A DNA stretch of 64,000 nt. It comes from Dictyostelium discoideum. Lineage: Eukaryota. Positions 41,855 through 55,800 of this stretch are shown piece by piece. A program made the translations under genes and the position numbers. The notes beneath the pieces are model-generated. The model was not told the DNA's origin, made no database searches, and saw only the letters and a list, made by a program, of their open reading frames with translations. The number at the start of each line of letters is the position of its first letter. Within the stretch, counting starts at the first letter, position 1. Location of the stretch: assembly GCA_000004695.1 (NCBI GenBank), contig CM000151.3, forward strand, positions 8,064,001 to 8,128,000, written 5' to 3'.

Positions 41855-42400
41855 TAAATAAAAATTTGATTAACAGGATTCATTTTAAAAAATTTTTAAA
41901 TATCTTCCAAACAAATCCAAATATCCATTTTCTTTTTTTTAAAAACAAATCAACACTGAAAATTCTTAAGTTTGTACGGCCGTACACAAAGTAATTTTAT
42001 GCACACCTATTTTACCTTTATTTTCCCTTTATTTTTACATTTTTTTTTTTTTGGTGAATTTTTTAGAAAAAAAAAAAAAAGAAATAAAAAAAACGAAAAA
42101 AAAAAATCAAACACCGCAATTACCTTCCGGCAAAACATTAAAATAAAAAAATAAAAATAAGATATTTTTTTTTAATATTTTCATTTTTGTGTCTGTTCGG
42201 TGTTTCAACCAAAATTTTAATCTATTAATCGTTTTGTTTAAAAAAAAAAAAAATGTTAAAATGTTGGGAAAAAGTTTTTTTTTTTTTTTTTTTAATTTTA
42301 ATTTATTTTATTTTATAATAATTTTATTTATTTTATTTATTTTATTTAATTTTAATTAATTTTATTTTATTTATTTTTCAAAATATATCTCCAAATTAAA

Positions 42401-43337
42401 ATGTTGAATTTTATTCAAAAAATTTCAAAATCTGGGTGTAATTTTTTTTATTTATTTTTAATTTTAATTTTAATTAATTTTTCAAATCCAAAAGTAAATT
42501 CTCAAACATTAAATAAAAATGAATATGATTGTTTAAAGAGTTTGTTAACAAATTTGGGATCAATCAATAAAGTTAAAATTAATACAACATCTTTAGAATA
42601 TTTATTTTGTGGTACATTGGAATTTCTATCACCAAATGTTAAAATATTTTGTAATGAAGGTTCAATTTCAAAATTAAGTGTAGGACAAGCTAATTTCACA
42701 TATACAGTAACTGATGATTTTTCATGTTTTAAAAATATGACTAATTTATCTGTTGATAATATTGTTTATGATAAAGATAAATTTTATAATTCATATCCTC
42801 CAAATGCAAAAGAATTTTCATTTGATGGCACTGATTTAGTTTATGGAACTATTTCACCAATTATTAAAATTTTTGACTCAATGTCAATACAAAATATACC
42901 AACAATAATTAAATTTTCTTGGTATTTAAATACAACTAAAATGTAAGTTTAAAATTAATTATTATTATTATTATTTTAATGAATACTAATAAAATTTTTT
43001 TTTTTATCATTTTTATTTTTCCTATTTAAAAAAAAAAAAGTGTAATAGCCTCTTTCGTACCTTTTAAAGGATATTTTTTAGTTTCATTTGATAATGATCT
43101 TGATGGTTCAAAAATTTGGGATTGTTCTATTTTAATTCATTCTCTAAATGTTCCATCATTAAATTTTATTACAGGTGAAATTACTTTAAATCTAATGTTA
43201 GATTACGATCAATCATCATGGGGAAATATTACAACTTTTGGAGGAATGAGATATATGTCTCTAATATCTTCAAATTTATCATATTTTCCATTAGAATTTT
43301 CAAATTTAAGATCTGAAGTTTTAAAATCTATGTATGT

Positions 43338-43380
<43 letters not shown>

Positions 43381-45993
43381 CAAAAAAAAAAAAAAAAGAT
43401 TTATTGAAATACCATTTTTAGCAGTATCTTCAAAAATTGATTTATCATTAATAGGAAAATCATTAGAATCATTATATTTTTTTCATCCAAATAATTTTAC
43501 ATTTGGTGGTTTATTTCCAATAATTTTACCATCAAATGAAGCATTTAAAAAATTGGAATTTGTTTATGGAAATATTGAAATATTAGATCTTTCATTATTT
43601 ACAAATGTTGAAACATTATCATTAAAATGTAATTTAATGTCCAATGGTTTTCCTTCAAGTTTCAATAGAACAATTCATAGAAAATTAAAACACATTGATA
43701 TAAGCAATAATAGTATTACAGGTACAATTGATGATTCATTTTGTCAATTGGAAATCATTGTTACAAATAATTCAATGACAGGTTTAATTCCAACTTGTTT
43801 TACATGTTTCTTTGGATTACCAGAAATAAATTTAGAAAGATATTTTATTGGAAATAATTTTATAAATTTAAATACACCTTCTTCACCATGTAAGTGTTTT
43901 ATTTTTTATTTTTTATTTTTTATTTTTTTATTTTAATTTGTTTTTTTTTACTAATTCCATTTATGATATATATATATATTTGTATTTAAGCAATTATCAT
44001 TCCAAATATAGTTTTTAATAATACTTCAATTATTGAGGGTTCAATAGTTTTTTATGAATATTTAATATTTGGTGAAAATTTAGGTGGTAGTTGGGTTCCA
44101 TTTACAGCTGTCTCTGATTCTGTAGGAACACCAATGATTATTTCAATGATTGAGCCAAATAGTTTATTTAAATTATTTTGCAATGGAGAGCCCAAGTTTC
44201 CTTTAAACTTATCATACAGTAAGTCTAACCCAAACTATACATTTACTTTATCATTGGGAATACCACCAATATTAAATTTAGTAGATTGGCAATCAAGTAC
44301 AACTGATTTAGTAATAGATGGTTCATTCTTTACATATAATAGTTCTATAATTAATATTACAATTGGTAATGAAAATTGTTTGGTTACAAATACAAATTTT
44401 TATCAAATTAAATGTACACTTTCAAATGTTATAGATCAATCATTAGAGGATATTATATCATATATTACAAATGGTAATTTAATAACTCAATTCACTTTAA
44501 ATCCAGGTGTAATAAATACAATTTTAAATTGTACTGAAAATTATAATGATTGTAATGGTAATGGATATTGTTTATCTGATATTGGTAAATGTAAATGTGA
44601 TCCAACCCATCAAGGTGGTGATTGCTCTTTGCCATATATAGAATGTTTAAATGATTGTAATAATGTTGGTCAATGTAATAATCAAACTGGTATTTGCTCG
44701 TGTCCAATCTCTCCTTATGAATGGAGTGGTATTGATTGTTCAATTCCATTACATACAATATCTGCAGTTTCACCAAGTGATACCAATGGTGGTAGCGCTT
44801 CAATTTATGGTTGGTTTAGTAATAATCATACTTATCTACAAGTTTTCATTGGTAATAAACAATGTATACCAATTTATAATATATCTAAAAGTGAAATTAT
44901 TTGTAAAGCACCACCAAGTACAGGTTTAAAATCAGTTAGTGTAATTCAAAATTCAATCAATGTAACATCAAAAGATATTTATCAATATTATTCAAATGAT
45001 AAACAATGTCCAAATCATTGTACATCGACATCAAATGGCATTTGTAATACAACAACTGGATATTGTAATTGTATTGGAAGATGGAGCGGTTATGATTGTA
45101 GTTTATATTCAAATCCAAGTGGTGGTGGCGATAATAGTGGTGGATTACCAGGATCAAATACAACAATAGATGGTAATACTGGTAATACAAATATTACAAA
45201 TCAACAAACAAATTATCAAATTTTAATTACAAAATTAATAGAGATAGATTTCAATGGTAATCAAATCAATGAATATCTATTATTAAATAAATGGTCAATA
45301 ATTTCAAATATTAGTAAAACAGTTTACACATTCATTCAATCAATTCAAAATGATAAATGTAATATCACATATACAATTGATGAAATTAATAAAGATAGAG
45401 ACACAACTTTCGCAGGTATTAATTTTAAATTAACAAGTGGATCAGTTAAAATGACAGTATCAATTGAAAACTATCAATATTCAAGTAATTTAAATACATT
45501 ACAATTACAAATGAAATCAAGTGTAAATGAAATTCAAACAAATAATGAAAATGATTGTAACAATGATCAAATTGAAATCAATAATACACCAAATCAAGAT
45601 AATTCATTAAATTATATGACAATTAAAAAAGATGCAAAAGTTTTAAATGGTAGATTTATAGACAGAATCGAAAGTGATGGTATATCAACATTTATGCAAA
45701 CTGTGTTAGTATCAAAATCAAATGATTCAATTACAGTTGGTATGAATTTACCTCATTGTACAAAGAAATGTTTATTAGATCCTGATTTCTCTGTATTGGT
45801 TAGTCCTGAATTCGTTGATGAATGTGGTGGTGATAATGATCGAAAATCCTGGTTTTTACCAGTTGTTATAGTGGTTCCTATTGTTTTTTTAACCTTAATA
45901 ATTATTTTTGTAGTTATTACTATAAAAAAAAGATTTGTTGAGATGTATTTATTTAAATCAAAAATAAAACAATTGGCAAACTTAAATAAATAA
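42401..45993 (+). CDS. Type I membrane protein with LRR, EGF, IPT/TIG and TM regions, paralog E (tgr-like), apparently intact. Exons are 42401..42942, 43041..43331, 43399..43889 and 43991..45993.
   Basis: Signal peptide MLNFIQKISKSGCNFFYLFLILILINFSNPKVNS. All splice junctions are phase-consistent (GTAAGT, GTATGT and GTAAGT donors; poly-A introns ending in ag). The 619-aa exon 4 holds EGF x3, TIG, the conserved unknown domain and a TM anchor (FLPVVIVVPIVFLTLIIIFVVITIKKRF). Confidence 0.7.
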
Positions 45994-46956
45994 AAACAAA
46001 AAACAGAATTACAAATAAAAGTAAAAAAAAAAAAAAAAAAAATTTTTAATTAAATTGTTTATTTTATTGACATAAAAGGTTAAATCACATAAATATTTAT
46101 TCTCTTTTTATTTGTGTTGATTTTGTAAAGCAATCTTCAAAAAATGCATTGAAAATAGGTAAAAAATGATGTTTTCGAAATGATGTTGTGTCCAATTGGG
46201 TTGGGTGATAATTTAAATTTGCATACAAAAAAAAAAAAAAAAAAAAAAAAGAAAAAAAAAATTGCAACACCTGATTTGTAATTTACCAACAAAATAAGTA
46301 GTCAAAAACCTGGAAAATAGAAAAGAAGGAGGAAATAAAATAAAAAAATAAATAAAAAAAAAAAATAAAAAAATAAAAAAATAAAAAGGCATGAAACAGT
46401 GCAGTGGTTTGAAAATAATTTCTTTTTTTTTAATTTTATTTTTTCAAAACAGTAAAATTTTTATTTTTTTTTTTATTTTTTTTTAATAAAACGCTTAACA
46501 AAAAAAAAAAAAAAATCAAGCATTGTTTTTTTTTTATCCCCACCAACACATCATCAAAAAAACACATAAAACTGATATAAAAAATTTTAAAAAAAAAAAA
46601 ATTATTTTTAATATTTACACCGCACAACTATTTATAGTTCACATTAAACAAAAATAAAAAAATAAATAAAAATAAAAATAAAAAAATAAAAATAAAAAAA
46701 ATAAAAAACAAAAAAAAATAAAAAAATAAATTAAAAAAAAAAAAAAAGAAAAAAAAAACACACAGATAACCCGGGGTCTTTTATTTTTTCTTTTTTTCTG
46801 TTGTCAATCATAATTTGTAAAAAATAAAAAATAAAAATAAACACACACACACAACGAATTTTATTAATCATATAAATTATTTATAACAAAAAAAAAGCTT
46901 TTTTTTTTTTTTTTTTTTTATCAAACAATAATAAATTAATAAAACAATAATAAAAA

Positions 46957-47113
46957 ATGGATCCATTGTCAATATCAATGGAGAGTAAAGTTGTATTATT
47001 AGGTAGTTCAGATGTTGGGAAAACTGCTCTATCACTTCGTTATGTTGATGGAATATTTCCTAAACGTTTAACTTCAACAATAGGAGCATCCTTTTTAACG
47101 CGGACAATGTATG

Positions 47114-47172
<59 letters not shown>

Positions 47173-48037
47173 ATATTCTCAACACTGTTTTGAAAATAAA
47201 AATAAAAAATAAAAAATAAAAAATAAAAAATCTCATTACTTACAATTGTCACACACAATAATTTTTAAAAAAAAAATAATAATAATCATAATAATGTGAA
47301 AATACTTTTAGAAATATAGAAGGAAATAAAATTAAATATCTAATATGGGATAGTGCTGGACAAGATAGATTTCGAAGTTTAGCTACACTTTATTATCGTG
47401 GTGCATGTGTTGCAATTTTAGTATTTGATATAACTCAACAAAAAACATTTGATATAGTTAAAGGATGGGTTGAAGAATTAAAAGCAAATATTCAAGAAGA
47501 AATTAGTAAGTATATATAATGTATATATATTAATGTATATATATATATTAATTATTTATACTTTATAATTTTTTTTTTTTTTTTTTTTCAAAAATTAATT
47601 AATTAATAATAGTAATGGTATTATGTGGAAATAAAATTGATTTAGAACAAAATAGACAAGTTAAAAGTGAGACAGCAAAATTATATGCAGATGAAATTAA
47701 TGCAATGTATGTTGAAACCTCTGCAAAAGAGAATGAAGGTGTTGAAGGAATGTTTTTAGAGATTGGAAAGAAATTAATATTAAATAAACATAATGAATAC
47801 TTTAAACAATTTCAACAACAACAAAAACTTCATAAACAATTCCAACAACAAAATCAAAGCTTATATCAATATCATATACAACAACAAAAACATCAACAAC
47901 AACAACAACAACAACAACAACAAATTTTTAAAAATCAACAATTTTATAATAATGGTCATCTTCAAGGCAGTATAAATGGTCATAATAATCAAAATTCAAC
48001 AAATTATAGTGATAATAGTGATCAATGTTGTGGTTAA
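46957..48037 (+). CDS. Rab-family small GTPase with a polyQ C-terminal extension and a CCG terminus. Exons: 46957..47108, 47312..47505 and 47613..48037.
   Basis: G1 motif GSSDVGKT; switch region TIGASFLT; G3 WDSAGQDRF; G4 GNKIDL; G5 ETSAKE; prenylation-type C-terminus ...DQCCG. The introns have GTATGT and GTAAGT donors and ttttag and aatag acceptors. Confidence 0.75.
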
Positions 48038-48402
48038 CTTTTAGATATATTAAAAAACAAAAAAAACAAAAAAACTAAAACAAAAAACAAAAAACAAAAA
48101 CAAAAACAAAAACAAAAAACAAAAAGGGTGATATTAAAATAAACATGTATAAAAAAAGAAAAAACTTGTAAAAAAAAAGAAATAATATTATATTTTAATT
48201 TATTATTTATATGGAAATGCGTATTAAAACTACTAATTTAGATTTAATTTTAATTTCAAACACTTTTACAAATACGGAAGGAAATAAAATATTTAAGATT
48301 TGGAAAAGAAAATTTCCAAGTTTTCAAAAACTTTCTTTTTTTTTTTTTTAAAAAATTTTTTCTTTATTTTTTTTTATTTTTTTTTTATTATTATAATTTA
48401 AT

Positions 48403-48426
<24 letters not shown>

Positions 48427-48434
<8 letters not shown>

Positions 48435-49998
48435 AAAAATCATGACTATTAATAACAGATGAATAATGATTTTCATTACCTTGAAGTGAGATATTATGAT
48501 AAGCGAATTCACCATGTTCGACGAGATCGAGACCTAATTCTTCTTCAGATTCATCGATTTTAACACCGATAGTGGCATCGATAATCTTTAAGAGGACCCA
48601 AGTCCAAGCGGCAGCCCAAACAGCGACAGAAACGACACCGAGTAATTGAGTACCAATTAATTTTGGATTACCATAGAAAGCACCATTTGCACCATTTGGA
48701 TTAACAGAGAGTTCAGCACAGAAACCAATTGCCAATGAACCAATAATACCAGTTAAACCATGTACAGAGCTAACGTCTAAAGCATCATCGATGTGAAGTT
48801 TATGTTTTAATAATACAACGGAATAGTAAGAAGCTAAACCTAAACAAATACCCAACCCAATTGAATATTGACTATTGATATAACCAGATGCTGGTGTGAT
48901 ACCTGCTAAACCTGCAATAACACCATTGATAACCGATACAGTATTTGGTTTTCCTTTGGCGGCAGAAAGGATGATCCAAACAATAGCTGAAAAACTACCA
49001 CCAATTTGTGTGCTTGCTACTGCTGATGTTGCAATATTACCTGCTGCTAATGCACTACCTGCATTAAAACCAAACCAACCCATCCATAATAATGCTGCTC
49101 CAATTGTTGCTAATGGTAAATTTGATGGTGGGAATTCACCACCATATTTTTCAAAATCTTTTCTTCTACCAACATCTAAAATAATTAATAATAATAAATA
49201 ATATATTAATATTTATTTATTTTATTTATTTATTTATTTATTTATTATAAAATAATAATAACTTACATAATGCAATAACTAAAGCACTAACACCAGCACT
49301 TGTATGAATAACAATACCACCAGCAAAATCTAAAACACCAAAATATTTATGTAACCAACCACCACCCCAAATCCAATGAGCAACTGGATAGAAAACAATA
49401 ATTTCCCAAGCAACGGTGAGTGCGATGAATGCTTTGAATTTAACTCTTTCTGCGAATGCACCAGTCATCAATAATGGTGTAATATTTGCAAACATCATCA
49501 TAAAGAATGCATAAGCTGCTGCTGGAATATTTGGTGCATTTGGTGAACAATCGTCATATGAAACATTAATTAAAAATGCATGATCTAAATTACCAATAAT
49601 ACCTTTCTATAAATTTTAAAATAAAATAAAATATAAAAAGTTAATAAAATTAGATAAAATAATATAAAAACAATTATATATATATAAATACATACTTGAT
49701 CTGGGCCAAAAGTTAATGAATAACCAAATGCTTGCCACATGACAGTTAAAACTACAATACCAGACATAATTTGTGTGATAATTGAAAGTGTATTTTTACT
49801 TCTTAAGAGACCTGCTTCAAAGAATGCGAGTGCAGGCATCATACCTAATACTAAAATAGTTGAAAGTAAAACCCATGTTGTATTACCTGGATCTGGTGCT
49901 ACTTGATTTGCACAATCAAGATATTTTTGAACAACTGATGATGATGAACCGTTTGTTATTTCGGCTGCAACACCTTTTATTATTTCTCCTGCTACCAT
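48427..49998 (-). CDS. Ammonium transporter (Amt/MEP/Rh family). Exons: 49998..49696, 49606..49267 and 49175..48427.
   Basis: Amt signature blocks are present: WVLLSTILVLGMMPALAFFEAG, DFAGGIVIHTSAGVSALV, LWMGWFGFNAGSALAAG and VHGLTGIIGSLAIGF. The splice sites are phase-consistent (GTATGT with atag, GTAAGT with tttag). Confidence 0.85.
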
Positions 49999-50814
49999 TA
50001 TTATATTACTTATTACTTATTATTATTGGTCTTTTTTTTTTTTTTTTGTTTTTTTTCTAAAATTTTTTATTTTATTTTTTTTATTTTATTTTTTTATTTT
50101 ATTTTTTTATTTTATTTTTTATTTATATATTTATATATACACCCTAAGTTCTATTTTAAAAATAAAAAAAATAAAAAAAATAAAAAAATAAAAATAAATA
50201 GATTTAAATCTTTTTAGGCCTAAAAAAGTATAATTAAATTTTTATTTTTTATTTTTTTTTTTTTGTTTGGGGTGTCGAAAAAAAAAAAAACAAAACAAAA
50301 AAAAAAAAAAAAATTAAAAAAATTAAAATTGTTATCCCTGGGTGTTTTTTTTTTAAACAGGGTAAGGAGGGGGATATTTTGAAAACAACAATTTTTTTTT
50401 TTGTTTTTTTTTTTAATTTATTTTTATTTTTGTTTTTTTTTTTTTTGAATTGGTACCAAATTATTCCGTCAAAAATGATATCGCCCACCATACTGCCGAA
50501 TTTTGAATGAAAAAAAAAAAATATCTTCATTTTAATTACAACAAAAAAATACACACCAAAACAAAAAAAAAATGTTATAACTAATAGTTAATTTATTATT
50601 ATAATAATTATTATAAATTTTTTATTTTTTTTTAATTTTATTAATAAAATCAAAAATTTCTTGGGGAAATGAACCAAAAAAAAAAAAAAAAAAAAAAAAT
50701 ATAAAAATAAATTAATAAATAAAAAAAAGAGACTCTTTTCGCATCTTTTTGATAAACAAAATGAAATTTTTTTTTTTTTTATTCATCAAAATTTCATTTC
50801 ACAAATCTCAAAAC

Positions 50815-51443
50815 ATGAAAGATATAAGTTTACCAAAATATTTACACATTGATATTTTAAAACCAATAATTGATTATTTATTAACAAATAATAATAAAAT
50901 AAATTATGATAATAATAATAATAATAACAATAAATACATAATTAAAAACTATTATTTATATATAAATGAAATAATTAAATTATCATTAGTATCAAATCAT
51001 TGGTATCAAATAATATCAAATTTAATAATATCAAATTTAATATCAAATAATATTTTAGAGGAATGGTTCGATTTATATAGTGATTATTTACCAGAGGAGG
51101 AGAATGTTAATAAAGGAATTAATTTTATAGCATATGATTTTAATAAAATTTATGATGTTTATTTAACTCAATCAAATTTTAAAATGAAAGTTAATCAACA
51201 ATATTCAATTATCAAAATTAATCAATCAGTTATTGAAGATTATTTCAGAAATCAAGTACTATGTATTTATGATTTAACATATGAAAAATTATTACAACTC
51301 AGTAAATTAGAAACAGAAGGTAATTTAAAGTATAGAAAGATTATATCAAAAAATCCCTACTCTAAAGATGGTTTTAAAAATTTATTTTTAGAGGGTGGAA
51401 TTGCAAAAGGTATTGAAAAGAATGGTTTACTTGATATATCATC

Positions 51444-51540
<97 letters not shown>

Positions 51541-52806
51541 AATAATAATAATAATATTGTAGAATTAAATGTTTATGATTTTCTATTGGAAAATAATGCA
51601 GAAGAAGGTTTTTATAATTTATTACCAAAGGAAGAAGATGAATATGACATTTATAAAGATCCCCAACCAATACTCTATTTAAACACTATTGATTATGAAG
51701 GATCTCAAGATGATTATAATGAAAAAACATTTAGAATTTTGAAATACTTAAAATCAAAAAATATAATATTTAGATCAAATTATAATGAGAATGTTCATGC
51801 AGATTTTTCATTAATGTTTAACAATAAAATCAACAATCAAGTCGAGTCAATTAGAATAGATTCAGATTTTGTAGAACCAATCGATTTGCAAAATGTATAT
51901 GAACTTACAAATTTACATACACTTTCAATTCCATTACATTTTCATCAAATGATTCTATTACAATTGGGTATTGGAAAATTACATTGTAGGGGTGGTGATT
52001 TACTTGAACATAAAGATAATGTAATGCAAGATTGGGATAAAATGATTCGATCATTATTAGCAAGTAAATCAATTAAAAATTTTAAAATTTCTAATAAATG
52101 TTATACATATGAATGTATTAATAAAAGCATCAACTCTTATAATAATGAAAATTACAGTGCGGCCAGTAGACATGTTAAAAAAATATTCTCAAATGGTATC
52201 AAACAACTTTTATCATCATCAACATTTAAATATTTTAAATTTTCAAATATGTACGATATCATTAGTATTGATACATTTTCAGAATTAAAAAATAATAAAA
52301 CTCTTAAAAAATTGGTATATAAAGAAAAGTTTCATTATGGTTATAGGCTCTTCTTTACTACATCTGAAGAGGTTGCAGAATATCAATTTAATATTATAAA
52401 TTATTTAATTGAAAATATTTTTTCAAATGGCACCAGTGGTGGCAGTATGCTTAGTAATAATATCAAACATTTTAAATTTTCATTAGAATTTCCATATAAA
52501 TTAAAATTAATATTTGAATCATTATTTAAGCATTATAATTATTTTCAACTATATTCTATTACTATTGTAATATATGACACACTTTATGAAGAACTTTTAA
52601 ATGAAATTATTAATTTATCAAATAAAATTTCAAAAGTTCAACAACAGCAACAACAACAACAACAATCAATTAAAGAATTTAAAATTGTTATTGAGAAAAA
52701 CTTTAGTGACAATAAACATTTTCAATCAATATTAAATGATAGAAATATTAATGGTGATAATGGTTTATTTGTAATTACAGTTTCAAATAAAAAAAGACTC
52801 TGCTAA
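50815..52806 (+). CDS. Hypothetical protein with an F-box-like N-terminal motif and an internal polyN tract; tandem copy 1
   Basis: A long ORF (the track ORF starts at 50749). MKDISLPKYLHIDILKPIIDYLLTNN resembles the F-box LPxE(I/L)L..I...L motif. The middle holds (AAC)n encoding about 40 N. It is about 90% identical to the downstream copy. Confidence 0.45.
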
Positions 52807-52925
52807 AATATTAATTTCTTACCCCTTTTCAAAATAAATAAATAAATTAATAAACAAATAAAAATTAATAGTATTTAAATGTAAAAATGTTTATTTAAAA
52901 GATATTAAAATCAAAAACTTTAGAG

Positions 52926-53041
<116 letters not shown>

Positions 53042-53418
53042 ACTATTGTTGGTTGTAGATTGTGTTGATGCATCCCTTGATTCAAATTAATGTTATAGTT
53101 ATTGTTATTATTATTGGTAGTTGGTGTAAAGTTGACATAATTATTACTATTACTTGATGTTGGAATCGAGTATTTCCCCACAAAGGTTGTTTGGGTGTGG
53201 AAAAAAAAAAAAAATAAAAATGAAATATAAAAAAAAAAAAAAAAAATTTTTCAATTTTTTATATTTGTTGGACCTTTTTTATTCGATTACAAACAAATTA
53301 AAAATATAATAGTCATAATAATAAAAAAAAAAGAGTATTTTTGTCAAATGGTTTCATGAAAGACAAGACGAAATTTTTTTTTTTAATTTATCAAAATTTT
53401 ATTTCACAACCTCAAAAC

Positions 53419-55332
53419 ATGAAAGATATAAGTTTACCAAAATATTTACACATTGATATTTTAAAACCAATAATTGATTATTTATTAACAAATAATAATA
53501 AAATAAATTATGATAATAATAATAATAATAACAATAAATACATAATTAAAAACTATTATTTATATATAAATGAAATAATTAAATTATCATTAGTATCAAA
53601 TCATTGGTATCAAATAATATCAAATTTAATAATATCAAATTTAATATCAAATAATATTTTAGAGGAATGGTTCAATTTATTTGAAGAGGATTTACAGGAG
53701 GAGGAGGAGGAGGATTTTAATAAAAGAATTAATTTTATATTATATAGGTTTAATAAAATTTATGATGTTTGTTTAACTCATTCATATTTTAAAATGAAAG
53801 TTAATCAAAAATATTCAATTATCAAAATTAATCAATCAATTATTAAAGATTATTTTAGAAATCAAGTACTATGTATTTATGATTTAACATATGAAAAATT
53901 ATTACAACTCAGTAAATTAGAAACAGAAGGTAATTTAAAGTATAGAAAGATTATATCAAAAATTTTCTACACTAAAGATGTTTTTAAAAATTTATTTTTA
54001 GAAGGTGGAATTGCAAAAGGTATTGAAAAGAATGGTTTACTTGATATATCATCAAATAAAAACAACAACAACAACAATAATAATAATATTGTAGAATTAA
54101 TTGTTTATGATTTTCTATTGGAAAATGATGCTGAAGAAGGTTTTTATAATTTATTACCAAAGGAAGATGATGAATATGGTATTTATAAAGATCTCCAACC
54201 AATACTCTATTTAAACACTATTGATTATGAAGGATCTCAAGATGATTATAATGAAAAAACATTTAGAATTTTGGAATACTTAAAATCAAAAAATATAAAA
54301 TTTAGAACAACTAGTGTTAAAAATGTTCATGCAGATTTTTCATTAATGTTTAACAATAAAATCAACAATCAAGTCGAGTCAATTAGAATAGATTCAGATT
54401 TTGTAGAACCAATCGATTTGCAAAATGTATATGAACTTACAAATTTACATACACTTTCAATTCCATTACATTTTCATCAAATGATTCTATTACAATTGGG
54501 TATTGAGGAATTACATTGTAGGGGTGGTGATTTACTTGAACATACAGATAATGTAATGCAAGATTGGGATAAAATGATTCAATCATTATTGGCAAGTAAA
54601 TCAATTAAAAATTTTAAAATTTTTAATAAATGTTATTTAGGTGAATGTATCAATCAAAGCATCAAATCTTATAATAATGAAAATTACAGTGCAGCCAGTA
54701 GACAAGTTAAAAAATTATTTTCAGATGGTATCAAACAACTTTTATCATCATCAACATTTAAATATTTTAAAATTTATAATATGCACGATATCATTAGTAT
54801 TGATACATTTTCAGAATTAAAAAATAATAAAACTCTTAAAAAATTGGTATATAAAGAAAGGTTTCTATATAATTATTGCCTACGTAATAAAGAAGAGGTT
54901 GCAGAACATCAATTTAATATTATAAATTATTTAATTGAAAATGTTTTTTCAAATGGTGCTAGTGGTAGTGGTATGCTTAGTAATAATATCAAACATTTTA
55001 AATTTTCATTGGAATTTCCAAATAAATTAAAATTAATATTTGAATCATTATTTAAGCATTATAATTATTTTCAACTATATTCTATTACTATTGTAATATA
55101 TGAAACACTTTATGAAGAACTTTTAAATGAAATTATTAATCTATCAAATAAAATTTCAAAAGTTCAACAACAGCAGCAACAACAACAACAACAATCAATT
55201 AAAGAATTTAAAATTGTTATCAATAAAAAAATTAACAATAAACATTTTCAAACAATATTAAATGATAGAAATATTAATGGTGATAATGGTTTATTTGTAA
55301 TTACAGTTTCAAATAAAAAAAGACTCTGCTAA
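53419..55332 (+). CDS. Hypothetical F-box-like protein; tandem copy 2
   Basis: A paralog of the 50815..52806 gene (the track ORF starts at 53341). Its polyN tract is shorter, and it has an acidic EEEEEED insert in place of copy 1's VNKG. Confidence 0.45.
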   Translation: MKDISLPKYLHIDILKPIIDYLLTNNNKINYDNNNNNNNKYIIKNYYLYINEIIKLSLVSNHWYQIISNLIISNLISNNILEEWFNLFEEDLQEEEEEDFNKRINFILYRFNKIYDVCLTHSYFKMKVNQKYSIIKINQSIIKDYFRNQVLCIYDLTYEKLLQLSKLETEGNLKYRKIISKIFYTKDVFKNLFLEGGIAKGIEKNGLLDISSNKNNNNNNNNNIVELIVYDFLLENDAEEGFYNLLPKEDDEYGIYKDLQPILYLNTIDYEGSQDDYNEKTFRILEYLKSKNIKFRTTSVKNVHADFSLMFNNKINNQVESIRIDSDFVEPIDLQNVYELTNLHTLSIPLHFHQMILLQLGIEELHCRGGDLLEHTDNVMQDWDKMIQSLLASKSIKNFKIFNKCYLGECINQSIKSYNNENYSAASRQVKKLFSDGIKQLLSSSTFKYFKIYNMHDIISIDTFSELKNNKTLKKLVYKERFLYNYCLRNKEEVAEHQFNIINYLIENVFSNGASGSGMLSNNIKHFKFSLEFPNKLKLIFESLFKHYNYFQLYSITIVIYETLYEELLNEIINLSNKISKVQQQQQQQQQQSIKEFKIVINKKINNKHFQTILNDRNINGDNGLFVITVSNKKRLC

Positions 55333-55361
55333 AATATTAATTTGTTACCCCCTTTTCAAAA

Positions 55362-55392
<31 letters not shown>

Positions 55393-55455
55393 AATTAATA
55401 CTATTTTAAATGTAAAAGTGTTTATTTAAAAGATATTAAAATCAAAAACTTTGGA

Positions 55456-55518
<63 letters not shown>

Positions 55519-55726
55519 ATTATTATTATTGTTAATACTGTTGGTTGTAGATTGCGTTGATGTACACCTTGATTTAAATTAATGTTATGGTTTGCTTTTG
55601 AGACTATTGAGTGGATGGTGAACAAATGAACAAAATTCACTATTATTATTACTATTTGGTTGCTGGTTGTTTGTTTGTTTGTTGGTGTTAGTGTTACATT
55701 CCGAGGTTTATCGATGGTATTATTAC

Positions 55727-55800
55727 AACTTGAAAAAGAGGAAGAGTTATTTGACTTTTTCAAGTTGTAATAATAATAATACCATCGAACAATAAGAAGA
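55727..55800. repeat. Long hairpin: roughly 28-30-bp inverted-repeat arms around a 17-nt loop
   Basis: Left arm tcgatggtattattacaacttgaaaaag, loop aggaagagttatttgac, right arm ctttttcaagttgtaataataataataccatcga. It lies inside a roughly 550-bp insertion that is present downstream of copy 2 only. Confidence 0.8.

Noticed and set aside
46100-46230. Possible box C/D snoRNA (aaatgatgttttcgaaatgatgttgtgtccaattgggttgggtgataatt)
   Set aside because: UGAUGU is present rather than the canonical UGAUGA C box. There is no clear CUGA D box or terminal stem. It cannot be supported without a covariance search.
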